DNA of 60,895 nucleotides from Candidatus Sericytochromatia bacterium (GCA_035285125.1 JAYKHR010000117.1:1-60895); one strand, 5' to 3'. Shown: positions 8,973 to 17,390, numbered from the stretch's first letter. The notes: generated from the sequence alone by a model not told the origin. Program-made: numbers and translations.

Positions 8973-9294
8973 CCTGCATCGCCCCCCGCATCTCGCTGTG
9001 GAACACCTGGGTGATCTTGATGCCGAAGGTCATGCCGACCACCACGACCTCACCCTGCGCGACGGTCTTGCCGCCGATGGTGAGGTTCACGGGCTCGCCC
9101 GCAAGCTGCTCGAGCTCGATGATCGTGCCCTCGCCGAGCTGCAGCACCTGCCGGAGCGGGATGCTCGTGTGGCCGAGCTCGACCATGACCTCGAGCTTGA
9201 GCTCCCGCAGCAGCTCGTAGTTGGGCTCCATCTCGATGCCGCCCCCGGACAGGGGGGCGAAGCGCACGGGGCTGACGGTCTGGCGCTGGGTCAT
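8965..9294 (-). CDS. fliN: FliN (SpoA domain) protein
   Basis: LEVMVELGHTSIPLRQVLQLGEGTIIELEQLAGEPVNL...AQGEVVVV...FGIKITQV. Confidence 0.9.
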   Translation of the reverse strand: MTQRQTVSPVRFAPLSGGGIEMEPNYELLRELKLEVMVELGHTSIPLRQVLQLGEGTIIELEQLAGEPVNLTIGGKTVAQGEVVVVGMTFGIKITQVFHSEMRGAMQGG

Positions 9295-9301
9295 GGCGTC
9301 C

Positions 9302-10711
9302 TCACTGCGTCTTCAACAGGGTCTCGACGGGCTGGCGAAGCCCCACGAGCTTGACGGCCTTGTAGCCGTTCACGGTCAGGGGCTTCGCGCGCCCCACGGG
9401 CTTCCCGGCCACCGTCAGCTGGACGGTCCCGTCCGGGTTCTTGGGGAGCTCGAGCACGGCGCCCTCCGCGAGGCCCAGCCAGTCGAAGGCAGGGATCTCG
9501 AGCTTCCCGAGCTCGGCCACGATCGGGACGTAGACGTTGCTGAGGCTGCCGAGGGACGTCGGGCCATCGTCGTCGCCCACAGGGAGGCGTGCCGAGAGCA
9601 CCTGCGTCGCCTCTGGCTCCGGGCGCTGGCCGAGCGTGCCCACCGCCGGGAGGTCGTAGCGCTCGTACTCCCACTGGGGGTCCTCGAGGAGCCCCTTGAG
9701 CTGGCCCTGGAACTGCCGCAGCATGGTCTGGCTCTCGGCCCGCACGGCGCCCATATCGAAGGCGATGGGCTCGAGATCGGGCACCTCGGGCACCAGGATC
9801 TCGACGGGGCGCGTCAGCTCGGGGGCCTTCGGGTCCGACAGACCGGCCGTCAGGTCCACCTGACGGGCCACCAGGGCGAAGGCCCCAGCCAGGACGCACC
9901 CCGTGGAGAAGGCGTAGGTGAAGGCCGTGTTGGGGTTCGTGCCGGCCCCGAGCGCGAACAGGAAGTGACGGACCTCGTCGGGGGCCACGCCCGGTGCGGG
10001 GAACAGCGTGCGCACCACCGCGATCAGCACCGCCCCCAGGGCGAACCCGACGGCCATCCCGAAGTAGTGGCCGACGGCAGCGCGCACGAGGGCGGCGCCG
10101 GGCCCCTGGCCCAGGTGCTCGTCCCGGGGGTCCGGGATCTCCCGGCGCGTCAGGCCGAGCAGGGCCCCGAGGAGCGCGAACGGCACGGCGTAGCCCAGGG
10201 CCCCCCAGAGGGCGCCGTTGAGATAGGGGGGGCGCTTGAACCACCGGTCACCCCGGACCTCCAGCGGCTTGCGCCGCTCCAGCTTCAGCGGCGTGAGCTG
10301 CCCGGGCGTCAGTGCGGTGCCCACCACCTTGGCGACGACAACGGGTAGCTGGTCGGCCTCGATGCGCGGGCCTGGCGAGAGCGTGAGGCCCACCCCGAGG
10401 GAAGTAGCCAGCATGTTGTAGGCCCCGAGGGGCACGAGGACGCCGGCCACCACCAGCCCCTTCCAGACCGCCGGCGGCACGAGCGCGCTGCGGGGCCGGT
10501 TCTGCCGGTAGAAGAGGTGGTAGTTGAGCGCCAGCGCGAAGCTCAGGACCCCGAACAGCGTGAAGCCGACGAGGACGGGGTGCAGCCCCGTGCCGCTGCG
10601 GAACCAGAACTGGAACAGCATCGCGAGCGGGAGCAGCCCCACCACCAGGAAGACCTGGGTGGGCCAAAAGTTGACCTCGGGCGGGGCCGGGCGACGCAGC
10701 GCCGTGCTCAT
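9302..10711 (-). CDS. Polytopic membrane protein fused to a C-terminal FliM/FliN (SpoA) domain
   Basis: About 6 hydrophobic segments in the first 280 aa; C-terminus VPIVAELGKLEI...LAEGAVLEL...VQLTVAGKPVGRA..VNGYKAVKL. Confidence 0.75.
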   Translation of the reverse strand: MSTALRRPAPPEVNFWPTQVFLVVGLLPLAMLFQFWFRSGTGLHPVLVGFTLFGVLSFALALNYHLFYRQNRPRSALVPPAVWKGLVVAGVLVPLGAYNMLATSLGVGLTLSPGPRIEADQLPVVVAKVVGTALTPGQLTPLKLERRKPLEVRGDRWFKRPPYLNGALWGALGYAVPFALLGALLGLTRREIPDPRDEHLGQGPGAALVRAAVGHYFGMAVGFALGAVLIAVVRTLFPAPGVAPDEVRHFLFALGAGTNPNTAFTYAFSTGCVLAGAFALVARQVDLTAGLSDPKAPELTRPVEILVPEVPDLEPIAFDMGAVRAESQTMLRQFQGQLKGLLEDPQWEYERYDLPAVGTLGQRPEPEATQVLSARLPVGDDDGPTSLGSLSNVYVPIVAELGKLEIPAFDWLGLAEGAVLELPKNPDGTVQLTVAGKPVGRAKPLTVNGYKAVKLVGLRQPVETLLKTQ

Positions 10712-11640
10712 GCGTTCCCCCTCGTGATCTGCACCGCGAGGCGCTTGCCGTCGTGTGTGGTGCCCGGCCGGCCGCGCAGCTCGAGCGACCCGACGCGGAC
10801 CTTGAGCGGCTCGCCAAGCAAGGTGCCCAGCTCCAGGACGTCCCCGGGCTCGATGCTTTGGAGGTCCCCCACCGTGAGCGCGACGGAGCCGAGCTGCACC
10901 GAGACGGGCACGGGCACCTCCTCGAGGTGCGCGAAGCGCTCGTAGAAGTGCGTGGTGTCGTGAACGCCGTAGGTCAGGTCACCCAGAGAAGACAGGCTGG
11001 CCTCCAGGGCCAGCAGGTAGGCCTGCGGGATGCCGAGCACCACCCGGGCGGTGAAGGGTTGGCCGGGCTGCACGACGCGAAAGGCCGTCGTGACCACAGG
11101 GGTGTTCAGGTTCAGGCCCGGGAACATCCCCTGCAGGTCTCCCATCGACGGGGCCGAGGGGCTGGGGAACATCTGGATCTCGAACTGGGCGACCTCGTCC
11201 CAGGCCTGCTGGAACAGCGCGCCGAGGTGCAGGAACCACTGCTCGACCTGCTGGCCCCCGGCATCATCGCCCATCTCCTCCTCGCCGATCCCCGTCACCA
11301 GCGTCACGGCCTGGAGGTCGAGGAAGGCGAAAGCGCCCCCCCGCTGATCCGAGAAATCGATAACGCCCCACCAGGCCTGCTCGCCGTACTTCTGGTCGAG
11401 TTGGCGGAACGGGGTGGTCTCCACCGAGGTGACCTGCCACGTCGTCTGCGGGTAGACGAAGTAATCGTCCTGGATCAGCCCAAGCGCCTCGGCCAGGCGG
11501 GCATGCAGCAGGTAGAGCCCCCGCAGCACCAGCGTGTAGCCGCTCGCAGCCGTCGTGATGACGGCCTCGTCCCCCGCCCCCGTGGCAGCCCGTGGCCCCC
11601 CGGGCGGAAACCCGACATCGGCCTCCGACAACAGGCCCAC
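10708..11640 (-). CDS. Divergent FliM/FliY-like switch protein with C-terminal SpoA domain
   Basis: C-terminus VPVSVQLGSVALTVGDLQSIEPGDVLEL...RGRPG...LAVQIT parallels the FliM C-terminus in this window; middle domain of FliM/CheC size. Confidence 0.7.
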   Translation of the reverse strand: MGLLSEADVGFPPGGPRAATGAGDEAVITTAASGYTLVLRGLYLLHARLAEALGLIQDDYFVYPQTTWQVTSVETTPFRQLDQKYGEQAWWGVIDFSDQRGGAFAFLDLQAVTLVTGIGEEEMGDDAGGQQVEQWFLHLGALFQQAWDEVAQFEIQMFPSPSAPSMGDLQGMFPGLNLNTPVVTTAFRVVQPGQPFTARVVLGIPQAYLLALEASLSSLGDLTYGVHDTTHFYERFAHLEEVPVPVSVQLGSVALTVGDLQSIEPGDVLELGTLLGEPLKVRVGSLELRGRPGTTHDGKRLAVQITRGNA

Positions 11641-11664
11641 CCCTTTCTCGCGTTCTGTGAGCCG

Positions 11665-11673
11665 ATCTTACCA
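11665..11673 (-). promoter_or_regulatory. Extended -10 promoter for the FliM-like to fliR2 operon
   Basis: TG-g-TAAGAT on the - strand about 25 nt upstream of the 11640 start. Confidence 0.5.
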
Positions 11674-11713
11674 GAAACGCGGGAGTCGGGGCCTCGGGCG
11701 GCGGCGCGCGCGC

Positions 11714-12727
11714 CTACTTGACCAGCTGGTTGACGTCGTCGATGAGGGTGTTGCCCACCGTCACGAGCTTGCTCGTCGCTGCGAAGGACTTCTGGGCGAG
11801 CGTGATCTCGGGCAGCGTCGTGTTGATCGAGGTGTTGGCGCTCTCGAGGGCCCCCGCCCGGAGCTGGTTGGAGCCCCCCACCACCCGGCCAGGGGTGTCG
11901 ACGGCCGCGGTGCCCGTGAAGATCTGGCCCGCGACGTCGTTGTAGCGGAAGTAAGCGCCACCGCCGTCGCGCACCAACCCCTGGTCGTTGGCGAACTTCA
12001 CGAGCGCGACGTGCATGTTGGCCTGGTTGTTGGCCAGGTCCCGCGGGGCGCCGCCCCTCAGCAGCAGCATGCCACGGGCGTCGAAGGTGAGGTTGCCGCC
12101 GGCGTCCGGGTTGCGCACGAGATCGAGCTGGAGGTTCTGGATGCCGAGCCCCAGCGGCGGGTTGACGCCGTTCGTGACGACGGTGGTGAAGGCCCCGAGG
12201 TCCGTGCCGGTGCCCTCCTCAGGGGGGGTGCCGAAGGGCCGCACGTTGGGGTCCACGGGCGAGTTGTAGCCCATCACGAAGTGGCCCTCCTCGTTCACCA
12301 GGCGCCACGTGCCCGTGCCGGGCAGGTCGCCGCGCAGGAACTCCATATGGAAGTTCCCGTTGCGGGTGAAGACGAGGTCCTCGACCGACGAGGCGATGGG
12401 CCGCCGCGACAGCACGAAGAAGGCGTCGCCATCGATCGCCAGGTTCAGCGGGTTGGCCGTCTGCACGATGCTGCCCTGCCGGAAGTCCGTGGTCGTGCCG
12501 AGGATGCGGATGCCCGAGTCGGCGCGTTGCACCGCGTTGACGGATCCGTAGCCGTCCGTCGCGCGGGCGGCACCCCGCATCTGCTGGTTCAGCACCTCGC
12601 CGAACTCGACCTTTGACCCCTTGAAGCCCGTGACGGTCGAGCCCGTGACGTTGTTGCCGATCACCTTCATCCACTGATCCACGGCCTGGATCGTGTTGAA
12701 GGCCGCAGTGTGCATCTGGCTGGTCAT
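11714..12727 (-). CDS. Hook/basal-body rod family protein (FlgE/F/G-like), divergent
   Basis: VIGNNVTG..VTGFK; DFRQGSIVQTANPLNLAIDGDAFF; TRNGNF; LESANT...AQKSFAATSK; follows a flgD-like gene. Confidence 0.85.
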   Translation of the reverse strand: MTSQMHTAAFNTIQAVDQWMKVIGNNVTGSTVTGFKGSKVEFGEVLNQQMRGAARATDGYGSVNAVQRADSGIRILGTTTDFRQGSIVQTANPLNLAIDGDAFFVLSRRPIASSVEDLVFTRNGNFHMEFLRGDLPGTGTWRLVNEEGHFVMGYNSPVDPNVRPFGTPPEEGTGTDLGAFTTVVTNGVNPPLGLGIQNLQLDLVRNPDAGGNLTFDARGMLLLRGGAPRDLANNQANMHVALVKFANDQGLVRDGGGAYFRYNDVAGQIFTGTAAVDTPGRVVGGSNQLRAGALESANTSINTTLPEITLAQKSFAATSKLVTVGNTLIDDVNQLVK

Positions 12728-12758
12728 CGCTGGTTCCTCGGAGGGGGAAGGGGGGCCG

Positions 12759-13169
12759 TCAGGCGGCGTCTAGCACCTGCACCACGTTCTCCACGGGGTG
12801 CCGGCGGCCGTCGATCTCGATCATGGGCCGGGCGTCGTTGTAGTCCACGCTGGCCACCAGGCCAGCATGCATCTCCCCCGTCGCCGGCGTGCGGACCTGG
12901 ACCCGCTTGCCGAGGAGCGAGGCGGCCGTGGAAACGATGTGGTTTTCCGTGGTCAGCCAGCTCATGCGGTTGGTGGCGATGGCGGCGTTCATCTGCATCA
13001 ACTGAGTGACCAGGGCCGTGCCGTCGAGCGGCTTTTCAGGATCCTGGTTCTGGAGCTGGGCCACCATCAGCTTGATGAAGTCCTCTTCGGGCTTCTCTTC
13101 CTTGTTGAAGGCCCCCTGGAGGCCAGGCGGCGGGGTCGGCACGATGGCCTTCAGGCCGTAGACGTTCAT
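12759..13169 (-). CDS. flgD: Hook-capping protein FlgD, second copy
   Basis: EDFIKLMVAQLQNQDPEKPLD motif. Confidence 0.8.
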   Translation of the reverse strand: MNVYGLKAIVPTPPPGLQGAFNKEEKPEEDFIKLMVAQLQNQDPEKPLDGTALVTQLMQMNAAIATNRMSWLTTENHIVSTAASLLGKRVQVRTPATGEMHAGLVASVDYNDARPMIEIDGRRHPVENVVQVLDAA

Positions 13170-13223
13170 GGCGTCACCTCGGAGACGGGGGACAGGCTGC
13201 GTCCGGTCCCTGTGTACCCGCCC

Positions 13224-13266
13224 AGGATAGCCATTTCACGCGGCTTTGGCTGTGATCGACCTCGCG
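13224..13266 (-). promoter_or_regulatory. CRP-type site plus -10 upstream of flgD2
   Basis: TGTGA-N6-TCGCG (13251-13266), 21 nt from TATCCT (13229-13224). Confidence 0.55.
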
Positions 13267-13277
13267 CGGACGCGCGG

Positions 13278-15371
13278 TCAGCCCAGGCCGACGGTCCCCA
13301 CCGCCTGCACCTCGGTCTGCGGCGGCACGATCTCGTTGTAGGCGAGCACCGAGACCTGCGGCAGCTTGCGCTCGATGAGGCGGCGGAACACCAGCCGAAC
13401 CTTGCTGGAGCACAGCACCACCGGCTGCTGGCCGTTGGCGAGCATCCGCTCGACCTGGGCCTGCACCGTCTTGAGCAGGCGAGCCGCAACGCCGGGCTCG
13501 AGCGAGACGAAGGCCCCCTGGTCCGTCTGCTGCACCGCGTTGCCGAGCGTCTGCTCCAGCGCAGGGTCGAGCGTCAGGACCTGCAGCGAGCCGCTGCCCG
13601 ACAGGTGGGCGTGGGTGATCGCGCGGGCCACGGACTGGCGGGCGTACTCCGTGAGGGTGTCGCTGTCCTTCGTCAGGCGGCCATAGTTGGCGAGCGACTC
13701 CAGGATCGGCACCAGGTCGCGGATAGACACCCGCTCGCGCAGCAGGTTCTGCAGCACGCGCTGGATCTCGCCGATGGTGAGCAGGCCGGGCGTGAGTTCC
13801 TCGACCACGGCCGGATACTCGGCCTTGATGTTGTTCAGGAGGGCCTGCACGTCCTGACGCGTGAGGACGTCGGCCGCGTGCTGCTTGACGACCTCCGTGA
13901 GGTGGGTGGCGACCACCGAGCTCGGGTCGAAGACGGTGTAGCCCATGATCTCGGCCTCCTCGCGTCGGCCCTCCGGGATCCAGTACGCCGGCAGGCCGAA
14001 CACGGGCTCCTTGGTGGGGATGCCCTCGATGGGGCCGACGGCCATTCCGGCATTCATGGCCAGGAAGTGATCAATCTGGATGTCGCCGCGGGCGATTTCA
14101 ATGCCGCGCAGGTTGATGCGGTACTCCTTGGGCTTCAGCTGCAGGTTGTCCCGCACCCGGATCGGCGGCAACACGACGCCCATCTTCAGGGCCGTCTGAC
14201 GCCGGATCATCGTGATGCGGTCGAGCAGATCTCCGCCCTGTGCCGCGTCCACGAGCGGGATCAGGCGGTAGCCGATCTCGAGCTCCATGGGGTCGACGGC
14301 GAGGAGGTTCATGACGTTCTCAGGCCCCTTGGGGCCCTCGACCTCGTCAGCCGGCGCCAGCGCGGCGAGTTCGGCCGCGAGGGCCGCCTGGCGGCGGGTC
14401 TGGGTGGCCACGTAGGCCGCCAACCCCGCGAGCAGGGCCAGCGTGAGAAACGGGAGCTTGGGGAGGCCCGGCACCACCCCGAGCAGCCCCAACATCGTCG
14501 CGACGGCGCCGAGCACGCGCGGGTCGCCGAGCACCTGCGCGCCGATCTCGTTGCCGAGGGAGGTCTCGGTGGCCGCCTTCGAGACCAGGATGCCCGTCCC
14601 GACGGAGATGATGAGGGCCGGGATCTGGGTCACGAGGCCATCGCCGACCGTCAGCAGCGTGTAGCGCGAGGCCGCCTCGGAGAGGCTCATGCCGCGCTGC
14701 AGGACGCCGATGATGAGGCCGCCGACGATGTTCACGAGGATGATCAAGATGCCGGCGATGGCGTCGCCCCGGACGAATTTCGACGCACCGTCCATCGTGC
14801 CGTAGAAGTCGCTCTCGCGCTGGATGGCGTTGCGGCGCTGGCGGGCGTCGACCTCGGTGATGAGGCCGGCGTTGAGGTCCGCGTCGATGGCCATCTGCTT
14901 GCCGGGCATCGCGTCCAAGGTGAAGCGGGCCGCGACCTCGGAGATGCGGCCCGCGCCGTTGGTGACGACGATGAACTGGATGACGATCAGGATGATGAAG
15001 ATGACGACGCCGACGGCGTAGTTGCCACCAACGACGATGCTGCCGAAGGCCTCGATGACGCGCCCGGCCTCGGCGTTCAGCAGCACGAGGCGGGTGGTCG
15101 CCACGTTCAGCGACAGCCGGAAGAGCGTGAGGATCAGCAGCAGCGAGGGGAAGGTGCTGAACTCCAGCGGCCGCTGCACGTAGAGGCTGACCATCAGCAT
15201 CGTGAGGGCCAGCGTGATGTTGGTGACGAGCAGCAGGTCCAGCAGGGCCGACGGCAGCGGCACGACCATCATGCCCACGACCAGCACCATCACGACGGCG
15301 AGAACGAGGTCCCCGGAGCGAAGGAAGGAGGCGAGCCCAACGGGCTGCGCCGGCTGCAGGTTGGCGGCCAT
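13278..15371 (-). CDS. flhA: Flagellar export protein FlhA
   Basis: RISEVAARFTLDAMPGKQMAIDADL, FYGTMDGASKFVRGDA, DGLVTQIPAL, LLRERVSIRDL. Confidence 0.97.
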   Translation of the reverse strand: MAANLQPAQPVGLASFLRSGDLVLAVVMVLVVGMMVVPLPSALLDLLLVTNITLALTMLMVSLYVQRPLEFSTFPSLLLILTLFRLSLNVATTRLVLLNAEAGRVIEAFGSIVVGGNYAVGVVIFIILIVIQFIVVTNGAGRISEVAARFTLDAMPGKQMAIDADLNAGLITEVDARQRRNAIQRESDFYGTMDGASKFVRGDAIAGILIILVNIVGGLIIGVLQRGMSLSEAASRYTLLTVGDGLVTQIPALIISVGTGILVSKAATETSLGNEIGAQVLGDPRVLGAVATMLGLLGVVPGLPKLPFLTLALLAGLAAYVATQTRRQAALAAELAALAPADEVEGPKGPENVMNLLAVDPMELEIGYRLIPLVDAAQGGDLLDRITMIRRQTALKMGVVLPPIRVRDNLQLKPKEYRINLRGIEIARGDIQIDHFLAMNAGMAVGPIEGIPTKEPVFGLPAYWIPEGRREEAEIMGYTVFDPSSVVATHLTEVVKQHAADVLTRQDVQALLNNIKAEYPAVVEELTPGLLTIGEIQRVLQNLLRERVSIRDLVPILESLANYGRLTKDSDTLTEYARQSVARAITHAHLSGSGSLQVLTLDPALEQTLGNAVQQTDQGAFVSLEPGVAARLLKTVQAQVERMLANGQQPVVLCSSKVRLVFRRLIERKLPQVSVLAYNEIVPPQTEVQAVGTVGLG

Positions 15372-15439
15372 GATGCAGGTGTACCCTCCGCCCCGCCGGC
15401 GACACGGGCCGGGCAGGCCTCTCGACGGGACGCGGCTTG

Positions 15440-15483
15440 AACATAACACGGGGGCCCGTCCCGGGGCTGTGACCCATGACCAC
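15440..15483 (-). promoter_or_regulatory. CRP-type half-site plus extended -10 upstream of flhA
   Basis: TGTGA at 15468-15472, 22 nt from TG-t-TATGTT (15445-15440). Confidence 0.5.
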
Positions 15484-15498
15484 CGCGGGGGGAGGGCC

Positions 15499-16509
15499 TC
15501 AGTCGAGCAGCGGGAAGTCCCGCGACCGCTGCAGCAGCACGAGCAGCTGGTCGAAGCCCCGCCGCTCGACGAGGCGCTTGACCCGCCGGAAGCCAGCCCC
15601 GTAGGCGGGGTGCGGGTCCTTCAGCAGGCAGTCGACGTGGTAAGCCGCCATCTCGCCGCCCTGCTCCTGGTGGACGCGGTAGCTCATGTAGTTGCACGAG
15701 CCCTCCTCGAGCTCGAAGGCGTGGGGGGGGCCGTGGTGGAAGTTCCACACGTGCATGAGCTCGTGCGCGGCCGTGCCCTCGAGCCACAGCAGGGGCAGGC
15801 CGTGCAGCAGGTACACGGTGGCGCGCTTGTTGCGGACCTCCCGGCCGTGCCGCTCCCAGTTCATCGCGGCGACGCCGCTGACGGCCTTGATGCCGGCATG
15901 GCTGCGGCCGAGCAGCTGGCCGAGGCGGTGGCGGTCCACCGTCTGCACGGGCACCTGGATCGCCTCGAGGTCCACGCCCCAGCCCGCCATCCGCTGCCGG
16001 ATGGCCTCCACGGTGCGGGCCACGTCGCCCTCTCGGTGCACGGCCGTCCGGTGGCACAGCCGGCAGATCGCCCGCCCGTCCGGATAGCGCACGCCGCCAC
16101 CCCCGATGGCGTCGTGGCAGAGCCGGCCGCAGTACAGGCAGGTGGCGAACTCGCGCTGGTGCTCGGCGTGGTAGACGTGGCCCCAGTGGTCCTTCAGCCA
16201 CGTGCCCACGATCGCCCGGCGGCAGACGTCGCAGCGCGCGGCGTAGTGCTTGCCGTAGCAGTGGGCGTGGACGGCCCGCCCCTCGTGCTCGACGTAGCGA
16301 TCCGTGATCGGCGTCTCGCAGACGCCGCAGCGGGGCGCGTGGCGCTCCGCGTAGCAGGCGGGGTGCAGGAAGGCCCCCTGGTGGGTGTGGAAGCTCCCCA
16401 CGATCACCTGGCCGCACGCCTGGCAGCGGAAGTGCTCAGGGTGGAAGGTCAGGCGACCCACCTGAAGGTATCGGCCGGTGATGGGCTCCCGGCAGCTGGC
16501 GCAGACCAT
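15499..16509 (-). CDS. LIM-domain-containing DA1-like zinc metallopeptidase
   Basis: LIM pattern CxxC...HxxHxxCxxC...HxxC, further Cys/His fingers, then LHGLP...AHELMHVW, LEEGSC, DPHPAYGAGFR. Confidence 0.85.
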   Translation of the reverse strand: MVCASCREPITGRYLQVGRLTFHPEHFRCQACGQVIVGSFHTHQGAFLHPACYAERHAPRCGVCETPITDRYVEHEGRAVHAHCYGKHYAARCDVCRRAIVGTWLKDHWGHVYHAEHQREFATCLYCGRLCHDAIGGGGVRYPDGRAICRLCHRTAVHREGDVARTVEAIRQRMAGWGVDLEAIQVPVQTVDRHRLGQLLGRSHAGIKAVSGVAAMNWERHGREVRNKRATVYLLHGLPLLWLEGTAAHELMHVWNFHHGPPHAFELEEGSCNYMSYRVHQEQGGEMAAYHVDCLLKDPHPAYGAGFRRVKRLVERRGFDQLLVLLQRSRDFPLLD

Positions 16510-16569
16510 GCAAGACAGGCTCCAGGCCCCTCATACCCCGGGTCGAGGGGAGCTGGGCCCGGCTGGCCG

Positions 16570-16726
16570 GAAGAGGCTGCCGTTCAAGCCTCCTTGGGCA
16601 ACCCTTCGCAGATCAGGAACCGGCACAGCCCACAAGCCTCCCGTGAGACCGAGAGGGCGGGCGCGCAGGACCCACCGTGGAGGAACCCGATGTCGATGAA
16701 GGGCAGGCGAGGCGCAGCGAGACTTC
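16570..16726 (-). ncRNA. ssrS: Probable 6S RNA
   Basis: 157-nt rod whose ends pair (GAAG/CTTC, GCTGC/GCAGC, GCCT/AGGC, CCTT/AAGG) around a central unpaired region; GCTGCGCCTCGCCTG..TCGACATC and GAACGGCAGC resemble cyanobacterial 6S as I recall it; no convincing ORF here. Confidence 0.55.
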
Positions 16727-16988
16727 AGCGCCACCCTCCAGTGGGGGACAGGTCGGCCGGTGAAGGCCGAGGACACCTACGCGCCAAAGCCCGAGAACAG
16801 CATCAGCTGGGAGGGCGGGAGTTGGGGCCTGTGGAAGCTGCACCCAGTAACGCAGGCACCAGGCACACGTCGGCCCCCTCCGGCGTTGGGCTTAATCGAA
16901 ACTTGTCTCTTTTTCAGCGCGAATTTAACCTCGCGCAGTCTGGCGCACCGGGCCTGCCGCCGACAACACCCTCAGGAGGATCTGACTC

Positions 16989-17384
16989 ATGGCACTCAAG
17001 GTGGCTGGCACCCTGTTCAACAGCAACGGCGGCGGCGGCGGCGGCTTCTACTTCAGTGGCGGCCAGCAAGACCGGCGCCGGGATGAGCAGCGGGACGAGG
17101 CCGAGGCGACCGACCTATCGCCCGATGAGACGAACTTCTCCCTCGGCTCCCCGGACCGCAGCTTCCTGCCGGGCCGGGCGGCGTCGGCGCTGCGCCTCGG
17201 GCTGCCGGCGGCCCCCCTGCCGGAGGCCCCGCTGGCGGCCATCGGGCTCGACGACGAGGCGATCACCCGCTTGCTTGCCGAGGTCCACGGCAAGTTGCGG
17301 GTGCTCGAGTTTGCCGTGACGCGCGTCGAGCAGTCCTACCTCCGCCGCCAGCACGCTGAGGTGGGCGAGCTGCGCGTCGGCTGA
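16989..17384 (+). CDS. Hypothetical protein
   Basis: AGGAGG RBS, Gly tract, C-terminal helix; no family recognised. Confidence 0.6.
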   Translation: MALKVAGTLFNSNGGGGGGFYFSGGQQDRRRDEQRDEAEATDLSPDETNFSLGSPDRSFLPGRAASALRLGLPAAPLPEAPLAAIGLDDEAITRLLAEVHGKLRVLEFAVTRVEQSYLRRQHAEVGELRVG

Positions 17385-17390
17385 GCCCGC

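Noticed and set aside
6699..9294. fliOPQR2/fliN2 as a recent duplication, assembly artefact or pseudogenes
   Set aside because: The copies differ extensively from the first set, are full length, have tightly coupled starts and stops, and keep core motifs
16590..16670. Possible c-di-GMP-I (GEMM) riboswitch (GGGCAACCC...AAGCCTCC)
   Set aside because: Lacks the GAAA tetraloop, GACGCAAA junction and receptor; the opposite-strand 6S-like rod fits better
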